Source: Candidatus Uhrbacteria bacterium (GTDB lineage: Bacteria; Patescibacteriota; Patescibacteriia; UBA9934). Taken from it: a stretch of DNA of 64,000 bases. Shown here piece after piece: positions 23,866 through 36,047 of the stretch (its first letter is position 1; every line of letters starts with the position of its first letter). The stretch lies in assembly GCA_943354605.1 (NCBI GenBank), contig CALRCK010000001.1:84936-148935 (forward strand). The letters run 5' to 3'. Under the pieces are notes generated by a model. The model had not been told where the DNA came from and did not search any database. It was given only the letters and a program-made list of their open reading frames with translations. The position numbers were made by a program, and so were the translations under genes.

Positions 23866-24459
23866 ATGCGCGTTATTCTTGTTCACGGCTATAAGGCCAC
23901 ACCAAAAAGCGGATTTTTTCCGTGGCTTGAGCGTGAATTGCGGGCAAGAGACTTCGACGTGGTCATTCCGGAGCTGCCGAATCCCGAGGAGCCGGATCGC
24001 GATGTTTGGACGGAAACGCTTGTGAAAACGTGCGCGCCGCTGAAGGAGACTGATATCATTGTCGGCCATTCCCTCGGCGGTGCTGCGGCGTTGCGTATGC
24101 TCGAGGCTGCCGAGGCTCGATCGACCCCACACGCCATGGTGATGATCTCGACGCCATGGATGATCAAGGATGACAGGTTCCGTGGGTTCTTTATGTCCGA
24201 GCTCGATTTTGAAGTGCTCATGTGGCGTGCAAGTAAATTCGTCGTCATTCATGCGCAGAACGACCCAACCATTCCCGTGGACCACGCAAAGCGCTACGCA
24301 TCGGTCTTCCATGCAAAGCTCGTTACCCCAGAAACCGGGGAACATTTCCGAGGAGAAGAATACCCAATTATTTTGCAATCGATTTTAGAGGTTGCCGCAG
24401 AACCGATCGTTTACGAGCCAGGAAAATCACTTGCAGACGATTACGCAGAGATTCGATAA
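23866..24459 (+). CDS. alpha/beta serine hydrolase (RBBP9/YdeN-like family), paralogue
   Basis: It has the motif IIVGHSLGG and the same architecture as 22396..22962. Confidence 0.55.
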   Translation: MRVILVHGYKATPKSGFFPWLERELRARDFDVVIPELPNPEEPDRDVWTETLVKTCAPLKETDIIVGHSLGGAAALRMLEAAEARSTPHAMVMISTPWMIKDDRFRGFFMSELDFEVLMWRASKFVVIHAQNDPTIPVDHAKRYASVFHAKLVTPETGEHFRGEEYPIILQSILEVAAEPIVYEPGKSLADDYAEIR

Positions 24460-24471
24460 TCCGTCATTGCG

Positions 24472-24590
24472 AGGAGGGTAATCCCGACGCGGCAATCCAG
24501 GCTCAGTCATTCCGAGCGTAGGCGAGGAATCTCCGCAGGTGATCCGTGATAACCTGCGAGAGATTCTTCACTTCGTTCAGAATGACTGAG
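24472..24590. repeat. palindromic hairpin repeat (family R2), copy C, with an extra upstream half-unit
   Basis: CAGTCATTCCGAGCGTAGGCGAGGAATCTCCGCAGG … CTGCGAGAGATTCTTCACTTCGTTCAGAATGACTGAG. It shares about 60 nt with copy A. Confidence 0.55.
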
Positions 24591-24611
24591 ATGCAGATTA
24601 AGTGATTTTCT

Positions 24612-25199
24612 ATGTTCACCGGCATCGTCAAAGGCCTTGGATCGGTAGCTGCGATTGATCGTCGCGAAGGTTTTTTGGATATGACGATCGATGTTGGGAG
24701 CGTTTTATCGATTCCCGAGATTGGTGCGAGTGTGGCGGTTGATGGTGTGTGTTTAACGGTCACCGAGATCGACGGAACGAATTTGAAGTTCTCGGTGATG
24801 GAAGAAACGCTTGAGAAGACGACAATCGGCGATCGGAATGTTGGCGATCGCGTTGGGCTTGAACAACCGCTAAAGATGGGCGATGAACTTGGCGGCCACA
24901 TGGTGCTCGGCCACGTTGATGGCGTTGGGACGATCGTAAAAAAGGACATCGACGGCGAGAACTGCTGGGTGACGATTACGGCGCCGAAGTTTTTTACAAA
25001 ATATATTGTGCAGAAAGGGAGTATCGCGATCGACGGTGTCAGCCTCACGGTTTGCGATCCTGCGATGAAGGATGGGGGAGTCGAATTCTCCGTCTCGCTT
25101 TTGCCACTAACGCTTTCGTTGACGACGCTCGGTTTTAAGAATGTTGGTGATCGCGTGAACCTGGAGGCTGATTACGTACTGAAGGCGATGATAAAATAG
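24612..25199 (+). CDS. ribE: riboflavin synthase alpha chain
   Basis: It has the MFTGIVKGLG start, the two lumazine-binding repeats (…VDGVCLTV… and …IDGVSLTV…), and is 195 aa. A terminator AATCGAAAACGATTTTTT lies at 25201-25221. Confidence 0.85.
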   Translation: MFTGIVKGLGSVAAIDRREGFLDMTIDVGSVLSIPEIGASVAVDGVCLTVTEIDGTNLKFSVMEETLEKTTIGDRNVGDRVGLEQPLKMGDELGGHMVLGHVDGVGTIVKKDIDGENCWVTITAPKFFTKYIVQKGSIAIDGVSLTVCDPAMKDGGVEFSVSLLPLTLSLTTLGFKNVGDRVNLEADYVLKAMIK

Positions 25200-25698
25200 A
25201 ATCGAAAACGATTTTTTGATATACCAAGTTTAATAATCGACCATATTTTTTCGCTCCGTTGTAAGCCTCTCCAAATTCGCCAATAGTAATTTTTGGTTTT
25301 AAGGAAAATATTTGTCGAATTTTCTTTAAGGCCGATCGGATAAGTTGTTCGTCAGAAAGGTTTGAATTTTCGTTCGCGAATGTTTTTATTTGTGCGGGAC
25401 CAAGGGTCATCGACGCATGCACTTGAAAATATCGGAGCAGACGAAAAACCATTTTTTCCAAAAACCTTATCCGCGCTGGGCGAAAGTAATTTTCTACACG
25501 AAGAACTGCCTCAAATAACAAAGGATCTACAAAGAAGTCTGCAGAGAGGCGATCGCCACAGTCTAGAACCCCCTTCTCAATAGGATTAATAAAAACTAGG
25601 AGAGAAAGCCTTTCTAGTTCCTCGGATTTTAATGAGATAGCAGTGAAGTCATCTTTTTCCATACGCAGTTGATAGCCGCAATCATCGCAGTAACCCAA
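25135..25698 (-). CDS. hypothetical protein in an AT-rich segment (soluble)
   Basis: The ORF is 187 aa. Its 3' end overlaps the ribE tail on the opposite strand, and its 5' end overlaps the next ORF in another frame. Confidence 0.25.
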   Translation of the reverse strand: MGYCDDCGYQLRMEKDDFTAISLKSEELERLSLLVFINPIEKGVLDCGDRLSADFFVDPLLFEAVLRVENYFRPARIRFLEKMVFRLLRYFQVHASMTLGPAQIKTFANENSNLSDEQLIRSALKKIRQIFSLKPKITIGEFGEAYNGAKKYGRLLNLVYQKIVFDSILSSPSVRNQPPGSRDHQHS

Positions 25699-26153
25699 AT
25701 GCCGTCAATGAGAACGTGGTTTGAAGAAGGAAGAAGAGAGCCATTAATATTTCCAATAATCCAATCGCCAAAAGTAAATCCAATACGACTCGCGAAGCCG
25801 TAGTATGTAGTAAAGAGAATTAGAATAATCAAAAGCTCGGTTCTCTTGTTCTGTTCGATTACTCGGAATGGAGTCAGTTCTTTATTCAGCGCCAATGGAA
25901 TCAAGATGTATAAAGGAAAGAAAAGACCAACGCCAATAGCTACGGCATCCGAGTATCCAAGTTTTAAATAGTTTAATGTGATTGAAAATATAATGCCCAC
26001 AATTACTGGCAGCGACAGCTTTGCGAGTTTTATGAACACACTTCTCTCTTCAAAACCCGTAGTTAATTCATGAATTGAAAAATAACCCTTCTGTAAACGA
26101 AATAGTCCAAAGTTTATAACTGACCCGGTCACTATTAAGGCCAAATCCCACAT
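25629..26153 (-). CDS. hypothetical membrane protein in an AT-rich segment
   Basis: It is 174 aa with 4-5 hydrophobic helices. It could be a frameshifted fusion with 25135..25698. Confidence 0.3.
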   Translation of the reverse strand: MWDLALIVTGSVINFGLFRLQKGYFSIHELTTGFEERSVFIKLAKLSLPVIVGIIFSITLNYLKLGYSDAVAIGVGLFFPLYILIPLALNKELTPFRVIEQNKRTELLIILILFTTYYGFASRIGFTFGDWIIGNINGSLLPSSNHVLIDGIWVTAMIAAINCVWKKMTSLLSH

Positions 26154-26170
26154 AAATATTTGCTTACGAT

Positions 26171-26593
26171 TTAATAATGATACGTCACCCCATGATTGAT
26201 AGTGCAGGCGCGGTAGAGTTGTTCGAGGAAGAAAAGGTGGGCCATGTCGTGGGTGGTGGTCATGGGGGAGAGGGAGAGACGGAGGGCGGCGCGGGTTTTG
26301 AGGCTTTCCGGGAGGCCGCGGGGGCCGCCGAGGACGACGGTGATGTGGTTACCGAGGTCCTCGTGAGCCTTGAGGAAGGCGGCGAAGGATTCGCTGCTGT
26401 GTTTTGGGCCGATAGCGTCTAGAACGATGAGGATATCGCCTGCGGGAATGGCGTCGTCTACATCGTCGGCGGATTTGACGATTTTTTCCGTCATCATGAC
26501 GAATTTTTTCAGCCGAAGGCGAAAATCATCCCCAATTGCTTGAAAAGGGCCTCGGGGGAGGGTGCCAACGGTGATGAGGGTAAGTTTGATCAT
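26171..26593 (-). CDS. rlmH: 23S rRNA (pseudouridine1915-N3)-methyltransferase RlmH (SPOUT)
   Basis: The N-terminus MIKLTLITVGTL and the motif VVLGGPRGLPESL match RlmH over about 140 aa. The gene is visibly GC-rich. Confidence 0.75.
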   Translation of the reverse strand: MIKLTLITVGTLPRGPFQAIGDDFRLRLKKFVMMTEKIVKSADDVDDAIPAGDILIVLDAIGPKHSSESFAAFLKAHEDLGNHITVVLGGPRGLPESLKTRAALRLSLSPMTTTHDMAHLFFLEQLYRACTINHGVTYHY

Positions 26594-26824
26594 AAGGGCG
26601 AATCTTAGCGCAGAAACCGATGTGGAACAATGGTGGATAGTTCGGATACGGATTTTCTTGACAGTCACTCCGCAGTCCTATACCATTTCGCCCACATTGA
26701 GCCTGTGCGGAAACGTCCGCTTTGGAGATGTAGCGCTGAAGTTTTCTTGAGCTCTAACCTCCGAACTTTCACAACTGAAGATTGCAAATAGAGAAAAACG
26801 TACTGATGACGATAATGATCGGGA

Positions 26825-26936
26825 CGCACATATTTGGTGATAGTTTCGGTGCGCAACGAGCAAAGCTTTTGAAACGTACTTCATGTGTACGTTGAAAAAG
26901 TTTGCGAAGGTGCAAGCCGAAAATAGCCCAAATAGG
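26825..26936. repeat. repeat family R1, copy 3 (reverse orientation), immediately 5' of 23S rRNA
   Basis: Its reverse complement aligns with copies 1 and 2 (GGCTATTTTCGGCTTGC…AACGTACACATGAAGTACG…TTGCGCACCGAAACT). Confidence 0.55.
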
Positions 26937-26964
26937 GGCGGACCGCATTGTCAGCAATCAGTGA

Positions 26965-29995
<3,031 letters not shown>

Positions 29996-30071
29996 ATTCA
30001 CTGATTGTTCTCGGAAACGAGTAACAATACGTTCTTCACTATTTGCAGAAACTGATCGAAAGGATCCTCCG

Positions 30072-30182
30072 TCTTGGTGGCACTTCCGGCAGGGCAACAC
30101 CCGTTCCCATCCCGAACACGGTCGTTAAGCCTGCACGGGCCGATGGTAGTCAAGGTGGCGAGAGTAGGTGGCCGCCAGGACA
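30072..30182 (+). rRNA. rrf: 5S ribosomal RNA
   Basis: …CCGTTCCCATCCCGAACACGG…GCCGATGGTAGT…GAGAGTAGGTGGCCGCCAGG is a typical 5S core. The ends are approximate. Confidence 0.85.
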
Positions 30183-30257
30183 GAGAACCCTTTCACAGTC
30201 AGGAACAAACCGAGCCCCAGTGGCTCGTTTTTGTTTTGCCGAGTAAAATATGTTCGT

Positions 30258-30914
30258 ATGAAAACTATCGTTATCACCGGCGCGGGCCGAGGTATTGGTC
30301 GCGCGCTCGCCGAACGCTTCCTCGAGAATGGTGATTTCGTTATTGGAACATCGACTTCAGGTGTTTCTCCGATCGAACACGAACGATTACTGATGCTCCA
30401 GCTCGACCTCGCGAATCCAAAAAGCATCGAGGCGTGCACGAAAGCAATCATCGATTCCGGAAAGAAGATTGACGTTCTCATTAATAACGCAGGTATTTGG
30501 TCGGGAATTGAGGGCGATCCGATTATTCGTCTTGATCTTTTGCGAAAAACGCTCGAGGTGTATCTTTTTGGAACGATCGATTTTACTGAACGATTGATTT
30601 TGGTCATGAATAAAGGCGGCCATATTCTGAACATCTCATCGAGTTCAGGATCGATGGGGCACACATATCATTCCGATTATCCCGACTACAAAATTTCCAA
30701 AGCAGCGCTGAACATGGTTACGCGTTGCCTCGCGCTTCGTTTGGACGGCAAGATTATCGTCTCTTCCGTCCATCCAGGCTGGGTAAAGACTGACATGGGT
30801 GGCGCAGACGCCGATATTGAGCCTGAAGAGGCCGCGGAAGACATCTTCACACTCGCAAACTCGCGTCCAGAAACTGGACAGTTCTGGTTTAAGGGCGAGA
30901 AATTTCCGTGGTAA
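30258..30914 (+). CDS. short-chain dehydrogenase/reductase (SDR) family oxidoreductase
   Basis: It has the Rossmann motif TGAGRGIGRA, the NNAG motif and the catalytic YxxxK (YKISK). Confidence 0.75.
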   Translation: MKTIVITGAGRGIGRALAERFLENGDFVIGTSTSGVSPIEHERLLMLQLDLANPKSIEACTKAIIDSGKKIDVLINNAGIWSGIEGDPIIRLDLLRKTLEVYLFGTIDFTERLILVMNKGGHILNISSSSGSMGHTYHSDYPDYKISKAALNMVTRCLALRLDGKIIVSSVHPGWVKTDMGGADADIEPEEAAEDIFTLANSRPETGQFWFKGEKFPW

Positions 30915-30932
30915 AAGCAAAATCGACCAATA

Positions 30933-31328
30933 TTATCTGATCTTTGGCATCTCTGTCGGAAGAGTCGCTCCACCGAGTGGCTTCACTCTTCGTTCGAATT
31001 CGCTCACCACCTCATTGTTTCTCTCTTGGTACTCAAGCCACAATTCACGCAATCCTTCTACTTCAGGAATGATGCTCGCATATCCATCTGCGTAAGGGTC
31101 TGGACCTTCCGAATGACCAAAGACATGTTTCTCATCAAGCCATGCTTGTTTCGCTGAATTGCCAAGCGTTCTTGCCTCGATTTGGATATCCGGCCGCACG
31201 TCAAGCATTTTTGCCAAAAGCGCCAATCGTCCGTTGCTCGATTGATTTTTTGTATATTCTTGCAAATATTTTTCAGCGATTTCGCGCATCTGCACCTTTT
31301 CGTCTTCTGATAAAGTGAATTTCGTCAT
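30933..31328 (-). CDS. hypothetical protein
   Basis: The ORF is 131 aa with clean, acidic/helical composition. No domain recognised. Confidence 0.3.
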   Translation of the reverse strand: MTKFTLSEDEKVQMREIAEKYLQEYTKNQSSNGRLALLAKMLDVRPDIQIEARTLGNSAKQAWLDEKHVFGHSEGPDPYADGYASIIPEVEGLRELWLEYQERNNEVVSEFERRVKPLGGATLPTEMPKIR

Positions 31329-31438
31329 AGATTTTAACAGCGAATGGAATCAAGCTACATGTATTGTACTCACTACCCCCAATTTCGCCACTGGTTATTA
31401 ACAAGGGTTTACGCTGAATTCAAGTATAATTCTCGCAT

Positions 31439-32473
31439 ATGTCCCAGCGCGATCTTCTAAATCCTCCAGAAAAAACAAATGAACAGATTATTTCGGAAGC
31501 AGTTGGGGAGTTGAAGGGATTTGGTTCTGCAGAGGTTCAACGGTTCCAGAAGGATAGCGACCCTCGTCAGACGAGTCCTGAAAGTTTAATAAAACCCTTT
31601 AAGAAGTTGGCGTTTCCGAACGAAGGACCCCGCGAGCTGACGTTTTTTGGTGTAACTCATGGAGAAACGGAGTCGATTACAGAGTTGCGGACAGATCTTC
31701 GTGAGAACGTCCTATCACAGCAGGATCCAGAGAAGATCGCATTCATGATCGAGGGGCGCCACAGCGATACGCCATATGATCGTGAACAGGCGCTGAAGGA
31801 TATGGAAGGCGTAAGTTCGATCGATGAAGCGATTGAAAAATTTGGTGAATCCGGTGTTGCGTTGTGGTGCGTGGCCGATTACGCACGACGAGACCCGCCA
31901 ATCACCGTGGAAATTTCGTCTCCAGAAGCATCGGAAGCAGATATTGCGAATTCGCTAAAGTCTGAGTTCGGAGCTGACGACATTGCTGCATATCTCACGC
32001 TTCGGCAATGGACGACGGAGCTTGGCACAAGAAGAAGTGGAGACTACTCAGTGTTGGAATTTGCAAAGCAAGCGTTTCATTTTTCGGAAGTATCTGGCGT
32101 GGACTGGATTCGTGATAAGAAAACAGAGAGTGAAATTCGTGAATTGATGAAAGATTCGGAAAAATTTCAAGAATATGGAAAGCTCGTCGGCCAACAGTTT
32201 CTTGATGGGCTGAATGTAAAACTTGGATTGTCGATAACTTTGGAGCAGCTTCGAGATCGAAAAGCTGACGATGCGCTAATGAAAGAGATTAATACGCCTT
32301 CGGGTGCCGTAGGCGGAGTCGGTGCTCGATGGAATACCGAGCGTGATAAATTCCTCGTAAAAGAAATCGGCAACGCCATGATTCGTGGAAAGAGGCCGTA
32401 CGTCATTTTTGGGGCATCTCACGCCGTTCACTGCGAGCCCGCGCTTCAGAAACTTGCCGAACTCGCCAAATAA
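31439..32473 (+). CDS. hypothetical protein
   Basis: The ORF is 344 aa. No domain recognised. Confidence 0.35.
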   Translation: MSQRDLLNPPEKTNEQIISEAVGELKGFGSAEVQRFQKDSDPRQTSPESLIKPFKKLAFPNEGPRELTFFGVTHGETESITELRTDLRENVLSQQDPEKIAFMIEGRHSDTPYDREQALKDMEGVSSIDEAIEKFGESGVALWCVADYARRDPPITVEISSPEASEADIANSLKSEFGADDIAAYLTLRQWTTELGTRRSGDYSVLEFAKQAFHFSEVSGVDWIRDKKTESEIRELMKDSEKFQEYGKLVGQQFLDGLNVKLGLSITLEQLRDRKADDALMKEINTPSGAVGGVGARWNTERDKFLVKEIGNAMIRGKRPYVIFGASHAVHCEPALQKLAELAK

Positions 32474-32499
32474 CGCCCACGTGCTACCATTTCTGCACT

Positions 32500-33249
32500 A
32501 TGCTCACCACTCGCGTTGTGATTCTTGCCGCTGGAAAGGGAACCCGAATGAAGAGCGATATTCCAAAGCCGCTGATTCCGGTGGCGGGGGAGCCGATGAT
32601 TACGCGTCTGGTAAGGAGCGTGAAGGAATCGGGAATCGATGAAAAGCCTGTTGTTGTGGTTGGATCCTGGAGCGAGGCGATGTTTCGTGATGTTTTGAAG
32701 GATTCGGTGGATTATGCCGTCCAGCTCGAACAGCTTGGTACTGGTCATGCACTTCGATCGGCGAAGGAAGCGGTTGGCGATGCGGATCGTGTGGTGGTGC
32801 TGTACGGCGATCACCCGTTTATTCGCCCAGAGGTGATGAATCGTCTTGTCGAGATCCAGTCAAAGAATTCGGTGTCCGTGGCTATGTTGACGGCAAAGGT
32901 GCCGAATTTCGACGAGGTCTTTGCAACATTTGCGAAGTGGGGGAGAATTTTGCGCGATGCTGACGGGAATGTGACGGCGATTCGTGAAGCGAAGGATGCG
33001 ACACCGGACGAGCTCGCAGTGACCGAAGTGAACCCGGCGATCTTTGCCTTCCCGGCTGAATGGGCATGGAATCGGCTGGAAAACTTGAAGAATACCAACG
33101 CAAGCGGAGAATATTACCTCACTGATCTCATCGGTGCTGCTATGGAGGAAGGTGTGCCGATTGTGACTGCTGATGCGGATCCGATGGATGTTGTGGGTAT
33201 TAATTCGCCAGAGGAACTTGCTCGCGCGGAGGCGATGGTCCAGGGATAA
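32500..33249 (+). CDS. sugar-1-phosphate nucleotidyltransferase, GlmU N-terminal-domain-like (no acetyltransferase LbH domain)
   Basis: It carries ILAAGKGTRMKSDIPKPL, QLGTGHAL and EYYLTD, all GlmU-type uridyltransferase motifs, and is 249 aa. Confidence 0.6.
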   Translation: MLTTRVVILAAGKGTRMKSDIPKPLIPVAGEPMITRLVRSVKESGIDEKPVVVVGSWSEAMFRDVLKDSVDYAVQLEQLGTGHALRSAKEAVGDADRVVVLYGDHPFIRPEVMNRLVEIQSKNSVSVAMLTAKVPNFDEVFATFAKWGRILRDADGNVTAIREAKDATPDELAVTEVNPAIFAFPAEWAWNRLENLKNTNASGEYYLTDLIGAAMEEGVPIVTADADPMDVVGINSPEELARAEAMVQG

Positions 33250-33299
33250 CTGTCAGAGCTTTCGTTGACACCCCGGTGCGCGTTCGGTACGCTTCTGGC

Positions 33300-34052
33300 A
33301 TGGAACGCTACGAATCACTTTTCGCAGCACTCGGATTGGCTCCAAAAGAGACAAAAGTCTATTTGTCTCTCGTGAAAGAGGGTCCGAGCAGTGTTCGGCA
33401 GCTGGCTGTCGCGACGGGAATGAACCGGGGCACTGTCTACGATGTGCTGAAAGAGCTCCAGGCCCATGGCCTGGCGCGTTTTTATAATGCAGAAACTCGG
33501 CAATACTTTGTGGCCGCTTCCCCGAAGCGACTTGAGGAGATGTTATTCGAGAAAGAAGAGAATTTGCGGAAGGCGACGAGTGAGCTTACATCGGTTGTTT
33601 CTCAGCTTGAGACACTTTACGACGGCGGGGATCGCCAGCCGATTGTTCGGATGTACGAGGGCGCAGACGGGGTTCGTCAAATTCTCGAGGATGTTCTCGG
33701 CACCATGGATTCGGTTACTGACCGCGAGTATTACGTGTACTCCGCGAGTGCGGTTCGAAATGCTGGTCTGTATGCCGGATATCCCAATTACACCAAGGAT
33801 CGCATTGAGAAGGGGATTCGTGTAAAGAACATCAGTTTCGGAAAAGCAGGAAAGGAGGCTGGTCTCGACGAGCGCCGACATGTGGAAGGTGCGGCTGGCG
33901 CTCCAACATACGTATTGATTTACGCGGGGAAGGTTGCAAACATTTTTTTGGACGGCCGTGGCGAGTTTATGGGTCTCATCATCGATAATCGCGCGATGTA
34001 CGAAACGCAAAGGGTGCTTTTTTCTGAACTCTGGGAGCGCCTCCCGTCGTAA
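33300..34052 (+). CDS. TrmB-family transcriptional regulator (sugar-responsive type) candidate
   Basis: It has the N-terminal wHTH LGLAPKETKVYLSLVKEGPSSVRQLAVATGMNRGTVYDVLKELQAHGL followed by a C-terminal effector-like domain. Confidence 0.5.
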   Translation: MERYESLFAALGLAPKETKVYLSLVKEGPSSVRQLAVATGMNRGTVYDVLKELQAHGLARFYNAETRQYFVAASPKRLEEMLFEKEENLRKATSELTSVVSQLETLYDGGDRQPIVRMYEGADGVRQILEDVLGTMDSVTDREYYVYSASAVRNAGLYAGYPNYTKDRIEKGIRVKNISFGKAGKEAGLDERRHVEGAAGAPTYVLIYAGKVANIFLDGRGEFMGLIIDNRAMYETQRVLFSELWERLPS

Positions 34053-34060
34053 GGACGGAT

Positions 34061-34696
34061 TTGGTACCATTCTGGGATATGGATCTCCTTGTTCTCCTCA
34101 AGCATCAATCAACGAACATACGCGATGCCGCGTTCGCCTTCCGTGACGACATCATGCGCCTCCTTCGCGCATCTCCAGTGTTTGGCGGCATTGTTCTTGC
34201 GACGGGCGTTGTGCTCGGTCTGGTTCCTATTCTGCTTTGGCAATACTTTGGAAATTTCGTTGATGCATCGTTTGCATCTCGCGGCGTTGGCACAATGACG
34301 TCCGAACTTTCGCAGAGCGCGATTGCTGTTGCGGGGCTAAGTGTTCTTCTTATTGCTGCTGGAGCGTACTTTCTTCAGACGAAAGCACTCTCGCGAGCCA
34401 TCGCGTCGACGATTGCCGTTGTCGCCATTTTCGGAACGCATATTGTTACGCTGTTGCCAATTGAAAAGTCGTTCATTATTTTCCTTGCCATCCTTGCGAT
34501 CGGGTTCCATGTTGCGCGGCATCGTGCGGCACTTATTGCGGTGAGCGGTGTGCTTATTCTCCTTTCGATATCTGCGATTTCAGACATTTTATACATGATG
34601 TCGCATCGGAGCATGACCGTGGGGAGCGCGATGGAGTACTGTTTGGTGATTTTGACGCTTAGTACAATAAGCGCATGGATTGCGCATCGGAAGTAG
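34061..34696 (+). CDS. hypothetical polytopic membrane protein
   Basis: It is 211 aa with about 5 hydrophobic helices. Confidence 0.35.
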   Translation: MVPFWDMDLLVLLKHQSTNIRDAAFAFRDDIMRLLRASPVFGGIVLATGVVLGLVPILLWQYFGNFVDASFASRGVGTMTSELSQSAIAVAGLSVLLIAAGAYFLQTKALSRAIASTIAVVAIFGTHIVTLLPIEKSFIIFLAILAIGFHVARHRAALIAVSGVLILLSISAISDILYMMSHRSMTVGSAMEYCLVILTLSTISAWIAHRK

Positions 34697-34697
34697 T

Positions 34698-35960
34698 ATG
34701 CGCATCATCACCGACTGGCACCTGCATTCTCGGTTTAGCCGCGCATGTTCACAGGAATTGACGCTCGAGAACAATGCGCTGTGGTGTGAGAAGAAGGGGG
34801 TGAATGTGCTTGGGACGGCAGATTTTACGCATCCCGTGTGGTTTGCGGAGATAGCGGAGAAGCTTGTTGAAGCTGAACCTGGACTGTACGCGCTTCGGTC
34901 TGGAGCCTTTCCATCGATGCGGTACATGATGACGACGGAAGTTGCGCAGATTTATAAACGCGGAGGCAAGACCCGACGCATTCATAACATCATTCTTGTG
35001 CCATCGATCGAGGTTGTCGCGAGGATTAATCAGTGGCTTGACGACGGTGGGTACAATCGAAAATCCGACGGCCGACCAATCCTCGGTCTCGACTCCGAAG
35101 AATTGTATAAGCGCCTTCGCGGAATCGATGAACGTATCGTGATGATTCCGGCACACGCATGGACGCCGTGGTTTTCCGTTTTTGGGTCAAAGTCCGGCTT
35201 TGACTCGCTTGAGGAATGCTTCGGCGAAATGACGCCGTATATTTACGCCATCGAAACCGGCCTTTCGAGCGATCCGCTGATGAACCGATCGCTCTCGAAG
35301 CTCGACAATGTGATGCTTATCTCAAATTCCGACGCGCATTCGCCCCGAAACTTTGGTCGCGAGGCAAATGTGTTTGAGATCAATCCCGCGAAGTACTCGT
35401 ACGACGAGTTCATTCGGATTCTTCGCGAGCGGGACACGAAGGCGTTTCAATACACCATCGAGTTCCTCCCAGAGGAGGGAAAGTATCATATCGACGGTTG
35501 TGCCGCCTGCGGATTCTCGTGCGAGCCGATCCAGACGAAGGCGATTGGAGGCGTTTGCCCAACGTGCAAGCGACCGCTCACCGTCGGTGTCGTATCACGA
35601 GTTCACGATCTCGCAGATCGGAAGATTAATACGATGCCAGCGAACCATGTTCCATTCAAATCGATCGTGCCGCTTCAGGAGATCATTGCCGAATGCGTCG
35701 GCGTGTCATCGACAGCAGGGAAGAAGGTTCAAGAAATGTACGAGAAGATGATTCGTGAGATTGGAAATGAGTTCCATATTCTCCTTGATGCCGATGCGTC
35801 ATCCATTGAACATGTTGCGGGAAAGCTGATTGCCGATGCAGCGCTTCGTGTTCGATCTGGTAAGGTCTCGATCACGCCGGGATATGATGGCATTTACGGT
35901 GAGGTGAAAATTTTTGGTGAAAACGATCGCGCAATACCCAAGCAATCCACATTGATTTGA
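34698..35960 (+). CDS. PHP-domain phosphoesterase with C-terminal zinc ribbon, endonuclease Q (EndoQ)/COG1379-like
   Basis: It has the N-terminal TDWHLHSRFS PHP motif, later CAACGFSC…CPTCKRP, which looks like a zinc ribbon, and a PGYDGIYG tail. Confidence 0.45.
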   Translation: MRIITDWHLHSRFSRACSQELTLENNALWCEKKGVNVLGTADFTHPVWFAEIAEKLVEAEPGLYALRSGAFPSMRYMMTTEVAQIYKRGGKTRRIHNIILVPSIEVVARINQWLDDGGYNRKSDGRPILGLDSEELYKRLRGIDERIVMIPAHAWTPWFSVFGSKSGFDSLEECFGEMTPYIYAIETGLSSDPLMNRSLSKLDNVMLISNSDAHSPRNFGREANVFEINPAKYSYDEFIRILRERDTKAFQYTIEFLPEEGKYHIDGCAACGFSCEPIQTKAIGGVCPTCKRPLTVGVVSRVHDLADRKINTMPANHVPFKSIVPLQEIIAECVGVSSTAGKKVQEMYEKMIREIGNEFHILLDADASSIEHVAGKLIADAALRVRSGKVSITPGYDGIYGEVKIFGENDRAIPKQSTLI

Positions 35961-36047
35961 CGGCGATAAAAATGATAGGATGAACATGAAATAAATCCGT
36001 ACCGTTCTCTGACCCACGGGGGAGGCGATACACAACGTTTTTCTTTT

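Noticed and set aside
24480-24600. FMN riboswitch upstream of ribE
   Set aside because: The upstream region is occupied by hairpin repeat copy C, and none of the conserved FMN-element blocks are present.
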